Source of the DNA: a virus
Virus record (IMG/VR): IMGVR_UViG_3300047994_000617
Span: 32,001 to 96,000 of that record
Length of the DNA stretch: 64,000 nucleotides
Strand: one strand, 5' to 3'
This document shows, piece after piece, positions 46,727 through 55,112 of the stretch. The position numbers and the translations under genes are program-made. Positions within the stretch are counted from its first letter, which is position 1. Each line of letters starts with the position of its first letter. The notes under the pieces are model-generated. The model did not search any database. It was not told where the DNA came from and saw only the letters and a program-made list of their open reading frames with translations.

Positions 46727-47175
46727 GTTGCCCTCGCGGGCGCGGAAGCCTCGATCGCCGCGTCGAGCGCCGAGAGCACCTCGGCGTGGGTGCGCCCGGG
46801 CGCGTCGTGCCAGTCCATCGCGGCGAGGAAGCTCGCGCCCTGGCCCGCGCACCGCGCGAACAGCAGGAGCGCCTCATCCGTCCCCTGCTGGGTCCCCTTC
46901 GCCGCGCGGAGGGCGCCGTAGACGTCCCAGCAGACGGCAGCGTCGCTCCAGGCCGGGCAGCCGTGCCCGTTGGCATCGACCGCCTCGTGGTCGGCGTCGC
47001 CGTGCAGCCAGCGGGCCTCGTCGTCGAGCCGGGCGCGGGCGGAGCGGAGCAGGACGTGGGGGTCCCGAATCTTCAGCGGGATGGGCGGCGGGGGCTCGAC
47101 GGGGAACGGAGCCGGGGCGCTCGGGTTGACGGACGGATCTCGGCGTACTACGGCGCGCGCAGCGCTGCTGTGCAT
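46723..47175 (-). CDS. Phage protein with W[NH]DAPxRTHAEVL motif (DUF6197-like), paralogue A
   Basis: RBS GGAGGT; first gene of the leftward operon; paralogue at 58963. Confidence 0.7.
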   Translation of the reverse strand: MHSSAARAVVRRDPSVNPSAPAPFPVEPPPPIPLKIRDPHVLLRSARARLDDEARWLHGDADHEAVDANGHGCPAWSDAAVCWDVYGALRAAKGTQQGTDEALLLFARCAGQGASFLAAMDWHDAPGRTHAEVLSALDAAIEASAPARAT

Positions 47176-47254
47176 GGGAACCTCCATGTTCTCGGCGTTA
47201 GGGCTCCCCTCGCGGCTGCAATCCGCTTTGGGGGCCCGATCTACTGACGGACGA

Positions 47255-47336
47255 GCATGACCCTTTGCTCGACGAATTGCAAGAATTAAAATCGAATCCT
47301 TGCTACGAAGCGGGTGCCCGGGTTAGGGTGCGCGCG
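47255..47336. promoter_or_regulatory. Divergent promoter/operator region A
   Basis: AT-rich; GCAAG-N15-CTTGC inverted repeat; leftward TTGCAA-N17-CATGCT; rightward TTGCTA-N18-TAGGGT ending 7 nt before ATG 47337. Confidence 0.6.
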
Positions 47337-47615
47337 ATGGCTGGCAAGGCAGGGAGAAGCGGGCGCCCAGCGGGGGCCACCGAGAAGAGGGCCTACCAGG
47401 TCCGCCTTGAGATCGTTGAAGCGGATGCGTTCGACGTGCTCGTCCAGCGACGCGACGCCGAGGCGACGCAGGCAGGTGCGACAGCGAACGCGTCCCGTGT
47501 TCTGCGCGCGCTTGTCCGTAAGGCTCTGATCGAAGAGGGTCTGCTCCCAGAGTCAGGGTCGGGGCCGCTCGCCGAGCCCTCGCCGCCGAAGGGAAAGGCG
47601 AAGCGCCGACACTGA
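47337..47615 (+). CDS. Small ribbon-helix-helix-like repressor A
   Basis: GRP...KRAYQVRLEIVEADAFDVLV...ASRVLRALVRKAL; paralogous to 59631. Confidence 0.65.
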   Translation: MAGKAGRSGRPAGATEKRAYQVRLEIVEADAFDVLVQRRDAEATQAGATANASRVLRALVRKALIEEGLLPESGSGPLAEPSPPKGKAKRRH

Positions 47616-47691
47616 ACGCGCGCGGATAGCGTTTCCGCTCGTCGCCCCGAGCCAGCCCGCACGGTGATAGGCTTCGCAGCCGGGAGGCAAC

Positions 47692-49290
47692 GTGGACCTT
47701 CAGCCCGGCCAAGAGATCGACCACTACACCCTGATCGAGCTGCTCGGCGAGGGCGGCCAGGGGGCCGTCTGGAAGGTCCGGGACCCGCGCGGCGGAGGAG
47801 TCATACGCGCGCTCAAGCTGGTGTCGCTCGCCGATGCGGGGCCCGACGGCTTCGAGCGCGCGCGCCGCGAGGGGCGCATCCTGGCTGGCGCTGAGCATCC
47901 AGCGCTTGTGGCTTGTCACGGGCTCTTCGAGGATCTGCGCGGCGGCTTGCTCGGCTTGGTCATGGACTTCGTCGAGGGCTCATCGCTCGCCTCGGCGCTC
48001 GACGCACAGCGTCTCGATCGCGACCGCGCCGAGGCAGTGATCGAACAGATCGCGGAGGCGCTCGCGTACATCCACAACGCCGGCCTCGTGCATCGCGATC
48101 TGAAGCCCGAAAACGTGCTCCTTCCAGCGGCGTTCTGGGAGGACCCGCGCCGGCCCGGGGCCGTCAAGCTCATCGACTTCGGCATCGCCATGACCTCGAA
48201 GAGGAAGACCCGCGTGACCGCCGCGGGCCTGGTCATCGGCACCCCGCCGTATCTCGCCCCCGAACTCATGGTTGCCGGCTCTTGGGGACGCTCGGAGGGG
48301 CCCGCGCGCGACGTCTTCGCGTTCGGCGTCCTCGCCTACGTGCTCCGCTTCGGAGCCCACCCGTCGGGCCTCGGGCTGGACGCTCCCATGGTCGAGTACG
48401 CGCGTGCGTACCGGGCGGCGAGCTGGCCGCCGCCCGCCGCTGCCGGTACCTACTTGGTGGCCTGCTTGGCACTTCTTCCCGAGGATCGGCCCCGAGATGG
48501 GGCGGCGGTTCTCTCGCTTGTTCACGGACTCGCTACCACGCCGGGGACGGTAACAAGACGCGAGGGGCCGCCCGGTGCCGATGCGCCGGTGCCCGCGCCG
48601 CCCGTTCGGTCCGGGAGTCGTCCCGGTACGGTCCTCGCGGAGCAGATCGCTGTCGAGCCGCTTCCTCCGGGTGCCTCGGGCACGGAGGGTCCGCCACGAC
48701 CGAGGGTCCCGGTTGTGGGAGCCGCACCGCCGTGGGCAAGGACGAGAGAACTGGCGGACGCGCCGCCGCCGGCGCTCGCCCCCCGTCGAGCGGTCCTGGT
48801 GGCCACCTTGGCTCTGGTGGTTCTCGCGCTCGCGTTCGGCGCCGTGGCCCGTTGGCCATCACGAGAGACAGACGAACCGGGCGCGCCGACCAGCGAGCCG
48901 TCCGCCGATCCCGTGCCGATGCAGCCCGAGTCCCCGCGCTCGGGCGCAGCGCTGTCGCGCACACGCCCACCACGCACATTGCCCAGCCATCAGCCTGCGG
49001 CGTGCGACAAGCGATGCAACGGGGCCTGCGTGCCGCTCGACGATCCGCGGTACGGGTGTAGCGGGCCCAATTGCGCGCCAACAGACGTGTCGAGCGACCC
49101 CCGAAACTGCGGCATGTGCGGCGTCGGGTGCACGCCGCTAGCAGACGGGGCGCCACCGACCTGCCAGAACGGTGCGTGCGACGCTCGGTGCTACCCCGGC
49201 TTTCACTCCGACAACCGACGGAGGTGCATCCCCGACGCGCCCCCGTCGCTCACGTCTCCGTCCGCGGCGCCAGCCGGGTCGGCGCCGTAA
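47692..49290 (+). CDS. Hanks-type Ser/Thr protein kinase with TM segment and extracellular Cys-rich domain
   Basis: GEGGQG, ALK, HRDLKPEN, DFG, GTPPYLAPE, DVFAFG; TM AVLVATLALVVLALAFGAV; DPRNCGMCGVGC. Confidence 0.95.
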   Translation: MDLQPGQEIDHYTLIELLGEGGQGAVWKVRDPRGGGVIRALKLVSLADAGPDGFERARREGRILAGAEHPALVACHGLFEDLRGGLLGLVMDFVEGSSLASALDAQRLDRDRAEAVIEQIAEALAYIHNAGLVHRDLKPENVLLPAAFWEDPRRPGAVKLIDFGIAMTSKRKTRVTAAGLVIGTPPYLAPELMVAGSWGRSEGPARDVFAFGVLAYVLRFGAHPSGLGLDAPMVEYARAYRAASWPPPAAAGTYLVACLALLPEDRPRDGAAVLSLVHGLATTPGTVTRREGPPGADAPVPAPPVRSGSRPGTVLAEQIAVEPLPPGASGTEGPPRPRVPVVGAAPPWARTRELADAPPPALAPRRAVLVATLALVVLALAFGAVARWPSRETDEPGAPTSEPSADPVPMQPESPRSGAALSRTRPPRTLPSHQPAACDKRCNGACVPLDDPRYGCSGPNCAPTDVSSDPRNCGMCGVGCTPLADGAPPTCQNGACDARCYPGFHSDNRRRCIPDAPPSLTSPSAAPAGSAP

Positions 49291-49546
49291 GATCAGCTAC
49301 TTCGCCAGCATCACGATCGCGCCGTCGTTCGCGGCCGTCCCGCCAACCGTGGCCTTTAAGGCTACGGTTGGTTCAGACGGGAAACGGTGAAGCTCGCCTC
49401 GCCCCGCCGCGCGCGTCCGTGCCATCGAGCGGGCGGTAACAGGCGAGGCGGGCATGTCTCGCGCCGCCGCCGACGACGCGACGCCCGGCGTCGAGGGCGC
49501 GCGGTCCTCTCCCCTGGGCGCCACGCGCCCTGGCAGCCACGCACCA

Positions 49547-49592
49547 CTTATCAGGTCACGAGGCCGTAATAAGGCGAATCGGGTCACGCCGA
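49547..49592 (+). promoter_or_regulatory. Conserved motif, copy 4 (extended two-box form)
   Basis: CTTATCAGGTCACGAGGCCGTAATAAGGCGAATCGGGTCACGCCGA. Confidence 0.75.
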
Positions 49593-49670
49593 AGAGGTTG
49601 GGGGGATCTTGTTGCCGCCCGATGTTCCGGCGCAGGCTAGAGGCCCAACAGGCCCCACAGGAGAGCGCCC

Positions 49671-50090
49671 ATGCAGAGCCAGAGGATCCCCATTTCCGGT
49701 ATCGCGACCACGACGACCAGTAGTGCAGCGGCGCGCAAGTTCGTCATGCCGCTCCCGTTCGACGGCTCATGGGCCATCAACGGGCAGATCATCGCCACCA
49801 ACCCGGCCTCGGGCCGGCAGACTTGCGTCTACAACGTCACCGCATCGGGCAACTGCGTCGCCGGCGCCGTGACCGAGACCGATGGCGTGGGCCCCTCGGC
49901 CTGGCCGACCCAGCCGTCCCCGACCCCGCTGGCGGGCGCCTTGGTCACGGTGGTCTTCAACAACGGCTCTGCCGCCGCGCCCCCCGTGGCCCAGATCAAC
50001 CCGACCGCCGAGATCGAGCTCACCGGGTCCAGCGTCGGCGCCCTCGACTGGAGCTGCGAGCTGACCGTCACGCTGACCACGGTACCCTGA
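49671..50090 (+). CDS. Small beta-rich putative virion protein
   Basis: RBS AGGAG; composition like 30314; preceded by the motif. Confidence 0.6.
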   Translation: MQSQRIPISGIATTTTSSAAARKFVMPLPFDGSWAINGQIIATNPASGRQTCVYNVTASGNCVAGAVTETDGVGPSAWPTQPSPTPLAGALVTVVFNNGSAAAPPVAQINPTAEIELTGSSVGALDWSCELTVTLTTVP

Positions 50091-50162
50091 TCGGGCGGGG
50101 GCTAGTTCGCCACCGTCCGGCCTCGGAAGCTCGGCCGTCGCGCGTCGCCGGCCCGCCGCACG

Positions 50163-51503
50163 CTACTTCGCCACCCGCACGAGGTTGCCGTCTCCCTGGT
50201 TGGCCCAATAGACCGCCGTCGCGTCGAGCGCGAGCGCGACCGGCTGGCCCTGCCCCGACGCGAGCACGGTGATGCTTCCCCCGCCGATAGGCGCCCGCGC
50301 GATCGTTCCGCCCGTCAGGTTCGTCCAGTACACGTTGCTGTTGTCGACGGCGATGCCGTTGGGGCCATCCTGCCCGAACGCGAGCATCATGGGCGTTCCA
50401 CCACCGATCGGAGCCTTCATCACGGTCCCGTCGCCGCTGTTCGTCCAGTACACGCTCAGCGCGTCGACCACGACCCCAGCCGGCATGTTCTGGTCCGTTG
50501 CGATGGGGGTTGGTCCGCCCACGCCGAGCTGGGTCGGGATCTTGGTAACCGTCCCAGCCGTGGCCAAGTAGGTCCAGTAGATGCTTGTGGCGTCGATTAC
50601 CATGGCGGAGGGCATCGGCGCCGAGCTGAGCTGCGCCCGTGGACCGCCACCGATAGGTGCGCTGAAAATTCCAACACCAGCCGTCCAATAGACGCTGGTT
50701 CCGTCGACCGCCACGGCCAGGGGCGCGTTCTCGCCGGAGGCCAGCGGTACCGACGTCCCCCCTCCCTTCGGCACGCTCATCACGGAGCCGTTGTTGGAAC
50801 CCGCGCTCCCGCCGTTCGCCCAGTAGACGCTCGTGGCGTCGACGACGATGCCCGCAGGGTTGATCTGCCCGCTCGCGATGGTCGCGGGCGTTCCACCGCC
50901 CTTGGCCACGCTCCTCACCGTCCCGTCGGCCTTGGCGGTCCAGTAGACGTTGGTCGCGTCGACCGCGATCCCGGCCGGGCTCCCCTCGCCCGGGACGAGC
51001 AGTACCGGCAGACACATCGACCCAGCGCACCCTGCCCCCAGGCACCCGTGCCCACAGGCCCCGCAGTTGTCGGGGTCCGTCGCGAGATCCTTGCAGACCC
51101 CCGAGCACGAGGTCTCCGTCCCGCACCCTCCGCTCGAGCTGGTCGAGGACGAGCTGCTCGACGAGGCCCCCGAGGACGTCGAGCTGGAGGAAGAGGTCAT
51201 CCCCGAGGACGTCGAGCTGGAGGAAGAGGTCATCCCCGAGGACGTCGAGCTGGAGGAAGAGGTCATCCCCGAGGACGTCGAGCTGGAGGAGCTGCTGGTC
51301 ATCCCGGTGGAGGACGTGGACGAGCTCGCCGAGGTGGACCCGGTGCTCCCCGTCGAGCTGGAGCTGGCGGTGGTCGTAGTGGTCGTGCCTGCCCCCGTGC
51401 CGGACGCCAAGGGCCAATCCTCGAACGAAACGGCGCAGGCCCCCAACCCCGCCACCATCGCCAAGAACCCTAGGAACGCCCACCTGTAGCTGTAGATCAT
51501 CAT
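50163..51503 (-). CDS. Lipoprotein with Ser/Thr linker, Cys-rich motif and beta-propeller (VDATSVYW-type repeats)
   Basis: Lipobox LGAC; DPDNCGACGHGC; seven D..xVYW/IYW blades; 30-bp linker repeats at ~51170-51290. Confidence 0.85.
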   Translation of the reverse strand: MMIYSYRWAFLGFLAMVAGLGACAVSFEDWPLASGTGAGTTTTTTASSSSTGSTGSTSASSSTSSTGMTSSSSSSTSSGMTSSSSSTSSGMTSSSSSTSSGMTSSSSSTSSGASSSSSSSTSSSGGCGTETSCSGVCKDLATDPDNCGACGHGCLGAGCAGSMCLPVLLVPGEGSPAGIAVDATNVYWTAKADGTVRSVAKGGGTPATIASGQINPAGIVVDATSVYWANGGSAGSNNGSVMSVPKGGGTSVPLASGENAPLAVAVDGTSVYWTAGVGIFSAPIGGGPRAQLSSAPMPSAMVIDATSIYWTYLATAGTVTKIPTQLGVGGPTPIATDQNMPAGVVVDALSVYWTNSGDGTVMKAPIGGGTPMMLAFGQDGPNGIAVDNSNVYWTNLTGGTIARAPIGGGSITVLASGQGQPVALALDATAVYWANQGDGNLVRVAK

Positions 51504-52615
51504 GTCTGAACCTCCCTCGGTGCTCCCGGCGCCGTCGCCGCCGGGATCGCCAACTGGACGCCGCCAGCGGGCAGTGGTCGCAGCCACCCCTCCGTCCGGA
51601 GGCGCTCGCAGTTCTTCCGGAACGTGGCCTCTGCGATGTCCTCGTCCATGATCATGCACTGGGCATAGGTCATGCGGGCGTAGTCGATTCGCAGCGCGCC
51701 AGCTTCGTCGCACTGGGTAGCCAGGAAGCGGAGCGTCCTGCCGGCGGAGCTACGCCACCGGACCCTCTCGGCCGCTGCGACGATCGCCTTGCCGACGGGT
51801 GTCGTGGGGCTCTTCGCCGCTTCGCGCGCTTCTTCGGCCCGCTCCGCTGCTTCGCGCTTTGCCCGTTCCTGGAGGGCGCGGGCTTCCAGCGCCGCGGCGG
51901 CGTCGCGCACGGCGCGCTCCCCGTTCTCCCCCCGCACCTCGTGCTCCAAGAAGATGTGGTAGTCCTCGGCAATCTCGCGGGCGGCCCGGTAGTACCTCTC
52001 CCAACCCACGTACTGAGAGCCGTTGCCGCCCTCGGCGAGCGCCGCGATTTCGTCGTCCAATTCCTGCGAGGTCTCCATCGTCCGAGCCCGCGCCTCCGCC
52101 GTGAACCGGAGCCAGCGCTTGAGCCTCGCCAGTTCGGTGGACTCGGCCTCGAGGGCAGCGAGACGCGCGGCGGCCAGCGCAGGGGCTTCGGGGGCGGGGC
52201 GGGCGATCTTTCCGTCCACCGCCATCAGGAAGACCCGTACGACGGCGACCTGGAGCTGGACCGCCTTCTTGGTCTTCAGCCGCATCGTGATGAGCACGGC
52301 GGCCTCGCGGTTCAGGTAGTAGACCCTGACCGGCTGCGAGCGACCCTTCCCGGAGCTGACCACTTCCGTAACCGTTCGGAAATAGGCGCCATTATTGGCG
52401 TCGCCGCCGGCGACGCCAATCTCGGCGAGCAGGCCCTCCTCGTTGGCCTTCTTGATGTGCGTCCGGATGTCGCGCTCGTTGGCCAACTCGGCGCGCGCCG
52501 CGAGGTCTACGTCCTTGATCCAGTAGTCGGTCCCGTCGCCGAAGAGCATCCATCCATCGACCTGAATGGGAACGAGCGCGGTCGCGAGTGCGGCTCCATC
52601 TACGCCCATGGTCAT
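51500..52615 (-). CDS. Phage antirepressor-like protein with C-terminal wHTH-like region
   Basis: IKDVDLAARAEL....IR..I...GKGRSQPVRVYYLNREAAVLITMRLKTKKA. Confidence 0.7.
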   Translation of the reverse strand: MTMGVDGAALATALVPIQVDGWMLFGDGTDYWIKDVDLAARAELANERDIRTHIKKANEEGLLAEIGVAGGDANNGAYFRTVTEVVSSGKGRSQPVRVYYLNREAAVLITMRLKTKKAVQLQVAVVRVFLMAVDGKIARPAPEAPALAAARLAALEAESTELARLKRWLRFTAEARARTMETSQELDDEIAALAEGGNGSQYVGWERYYRAAREIAEDYHIFLEHEVRGENGERAVRDAAAALEARALQERAKREAAERAEEAREAAKSPTTPVGKAIVAAAERVRWRSSAGRTLRFLATQCDEAGALRIDYARMTYAQCMIMDEDIAEATFRKNCERLRTEGWLRPLPAGGVQLAIPAATAPGAPREVQT

Positions 52616-52717
52616 CTCAGTCCTACCTTTCCCTACCCAGCCAACGCGCTCCGGGCTATGGGGCTCCCGCCTACGCCTCGGGCTCGGGAAGCCGTTCCGC
52701 GCGCCGCGCGTCCTCGC

Positions 52718-52840
52718 TCATGATGTCGGGCCCTTCTGGGGCTTGCGCGGCCCGTCGCCCTCTTCGAGCGCGTCGAGGGCACGCTGGGCGCGGAGCCCTA
52801 GGAACGCCCACCTGTAGCTGAAGCTGGTCACGATCGTCAT
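52718..52840 (-). CDS. 40-aa peptide MTIVTSFSYRWAFLGLRAQR...
   Basis: ATGA coupling and RBS AAGGAAGG; shares 25 bp with the start of the lipoprotein gene. Confidence 0.45.
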   Translation of the reverse strand: MTIVTSFSYRWAFLGLRAQRALDALEEGDGPRKPQKGPTS

Positions 52841-53709
52841 CCTTCCTTGGGCGCCGCTGCAGGTTCCGCTCCGTCACCCGCGCGTCGCACCCAGTGGAAA
52901 TAGCCGCGGCGTGCAGCGCGACGCCGGAGAAGTTCCGCATCCAGGTCGTTGACGGCCGCGAGGCCGTCGAGCCCCTGCATCTCCTGCTCGAGGAAGAGGA
53001 TGCAGTCCTCCACGATCAGGGTCGTAGCAACGAGGTGGCGCTCCCAGCCCACGACCGGCCCCACCACCTGCGCGCGAGAGGCTGCGTGTTCGTCCTGGAT
53101 CTGGTCGTTGACCTGAAGCACCCGGGCGCGCAAACCGGCGATGAAGCGCGTCCATCGCCGGTACTTGGCCAGCTCCGCGGCGTCAGCCTCCACCTGAGCG
53201 GCTCGTGCTTCCAGCTCAGCGATCCGACTGGAAACCGGCGGTGGCAGTGGCGTCGCAAAGTGCGGGTTCACGGCGGCGCCCTCAAACGTGTAGGCCGCGA
53301 GAGCCTCGTACATCTCCTCCTGGATCCCGTCCAGCCGCGCCCGGACCTCATCACGGACGCGGGTACGATCGAACCCGAGCAGGAAGGCCGGTAGGTATTT
53401 CAGGTCGAGCGCTAGGCCGTCCTGTTCGCCGCTCGGGGAGGGGTATCGCATCATGCGACACCCCCCACGGTAGGCTCGTTTTGCCCGCGCCTTCGCTGCG
53501 TTCACGGCCGCGCCGAGGCGCTCCGCGATTTCGGCCGGCAGCACGTACCGATGCCTATCCTCGCCGAGCAGCAGGCGCACCGCGAAGAGGCCGGACACGC
53601 TCACCTCGGCGACCGCCTTCAGGCCGACCCGAGGGATCTCCTGCTTCGGTCGCGCGGCGCTCGCGGTGAGTCTCGCCTGTTTCGCCTTGGTCGTGGTCAT
53701 CCTGGTCAT
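52837..53709 (-). CDS. Phage antirepressor with P22 Ant N-terminal-like domain
   Basis: YVLPAEIAERLG..GEQDGLALDLKYLPAFLLGFDRTRVRDEVRARL..IQEE.YEAL..Y...G.AVNP. Confidence 0.8.
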   Translation of the reverse strand: MTRMTTTKAKQARLTASAARPKQEIPRVGLKAVAEVSVSGLFAVRLLLGEDRHRYVLPAEIAERLGAAVNAAKARAKRAYRGGCRMMRYPSPSGEQDGLALDLKYLPAFLLGFDRTRVRDEVRARLDGIQEEMYEALAAYTFEGAAVNPHFATPLPPPVSSRIAELEARAAQVEADAAELAKYRRWTRFIAGLRARVLQVNDQIQDEHAASRAQVVGPVVGWERHLVATTLIVEDCILFLEQEMQGLDGLAAVNDLDAELLRRRAARRGYFHWVRRAGDGAEPAAAPKEG

Positions 53710-53872
53710 AGTGGTCCCACCTTTCCCTACCTGACCAACGCGCGGCGCGCCCAACGGCTTCCCGAGACCCGCGGCCCGGGCGGCGCCGGCGGGAGCCCCG
53801 GCAACAGCTTCCTCTCCTGCGGGAGAGGGTGGCAGGCGGGTATGAGGAGTGCGGCGGCGGACCGGGCGGCCA

Positions 53873-54655
53873 TCAGTGGAGGCTCCCACCGTCGCCATCG
53901 GACACGGCAGACGCGGCTTCCGACGCGTCGGTGCCGTACGCTTCCAGCCCGAGAGCCCGGCGACTCGGGCGCTCGTACTCGAGGTTCATCGCCATCATCG
54001 GCTCCCTCGCCCCGTCCCAGTGGTTCTTGGGGAGGAGACTGAAACCGAGCCGACCCCAGTGCTTGACGAGCTTCGCGATGGCAGCGGCCTGCTCCGCGAG
54101 CGCCGCCTCCGTGCGCTCGGCCTGCGGATCCTCGAATTGGAGGGGGAACGGCTTGCAGACGGCGATCCCGCAGCCGTGGTGGAACGCGTCGAGGAACCGT
54201 GTCGCGGCGGCGAGCCCGAGATCCTGGCCGCGGTGAGCCGGGTCGACCTCCAGGCGGCGCAACAGCAAGAGGCCCTCCGTGCAGACGTCGTGAAGATCCG
54301 GGATGTCCTTGTGGGGCTCCTCGGTCGACGCATCGTAGACCGCTTCGTAGGCCCGCAGGAGCTCGTGGCTGTGGCAGTCGCAGGCTTCCGAGAAGTCCCA
54401 CGTGTCGCACGGGTGCGCGATGGTGCCCTCGACGATCCCGACCTCCACGGCCTCTCCCCGTTCCTCCTCCTCGCGGAGCACATGGAGGATGTGGCCGTCC
54501 ACATCGAGCACGCCCTCCGGCTCCTGCTCGCCGAAGAGGCACTGACGGATGCTGAATCGGACCTCGTAGTGGCCCTCATGCGTGCCGCGGTTCGCGAGAA
54601 CGCGCGCGAGCCGTCGGCCGCCCTTGGTCTTCTTCCCCTTGCGCTCTCTGGTCAT
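53873..54655 (-). CDS. GNAT-fold-like protein
   Basis: LLLRRLEVDPAHRGQDLG (motif A) and KLVKHWGRLGF (motif B). Confidence 0.65.
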   Translation of the reverse strand: MTRERKGKKTKGGRRLARVLANRGTHEGHYEVRFSIRQCLFGEQEPEGVLDVDGHILHVLREEEERGEAVEVGIVEGTIAHPCDTWDFSEACDCHSHELLRAYEAVYDASTEEPHKDIPDLHDVCTEGLLLLRRLEVDPAHRGQDLGLAAATRFLDAFHHGCGIAVCKPFPLQFEDPQAERTEAALAEQAAAIAKLVKHWGRLGFSLLPKNHWDGAREPMMAMNLEYERPSRRALGLEAYGTDASEAASAVSDGDGGSLH

Positions 54656-54716
54656 CGGTCCCCCTTCGCTCGCCCCTCGGGCCCTTTCGCGATCTCCGCC
54701 TCCGTCTCAGCGGCGG

Positions 54717-54818
54717 TCACCACGACCCCTCCAACCGCACGCTCCCCGCCCCGATCCCCACCCTTGGTCGCCCCGGCGCCGGATCCCGGCGCCATGCTCT
54801 CGGAGAAGGCGTGCCCAT
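54717..54818 (-). pseudogene. Duplicated 3' end of the TPR-PEGA gene (33-aa ORF or remnant)
   Basis: DPAPGRPRVGIGAGSVRLEGSW* versus DPAPTRPRVGIGAGNVRVEGSW*. Confidence 0.55.
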
Positions 54819-55066
54819 CAGACCGATCCCTCCTCGTCCTCGTGTCCGGGCTCTCGGGTCGTGCCTACGACGGTCAGCTTGCCGTCGCCCATGAGGCACC
54901 AGATGAACCCGGCGGAGACATCTTCCGGCGGGAGCGGGGCGAGCGCGTTGACCTCGACCATGAGCGCGTCCATCTCCGCGACGAGCGCGCTCGTCCGGGC
55001 CTCGATGGCTTCGAGGCGCGCGGCCTTCGCCGGGTCCGACGGCCAGTGGTGACGGGGCTTGACCAT
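54818..55066 (-). CDS. Small coiled-coil hypothetical protein
   Basis: RBS GAGGT; TGATG coupling. Confidence 0.55.
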   Translation of the reverse strand: MVKPRHHWPSDPAKAARLEAIEARTSALVAEMDALMVEVNALAPLPPEDVSAGFIWCLMGDGKLTVVGTTREPGHEDEEGSV

Positions 55067-55112
55067 CAGCGCACCTCGCGGTCAGGGGCCCGCCCCGGCG
55101 CTTTGGGCTTCG

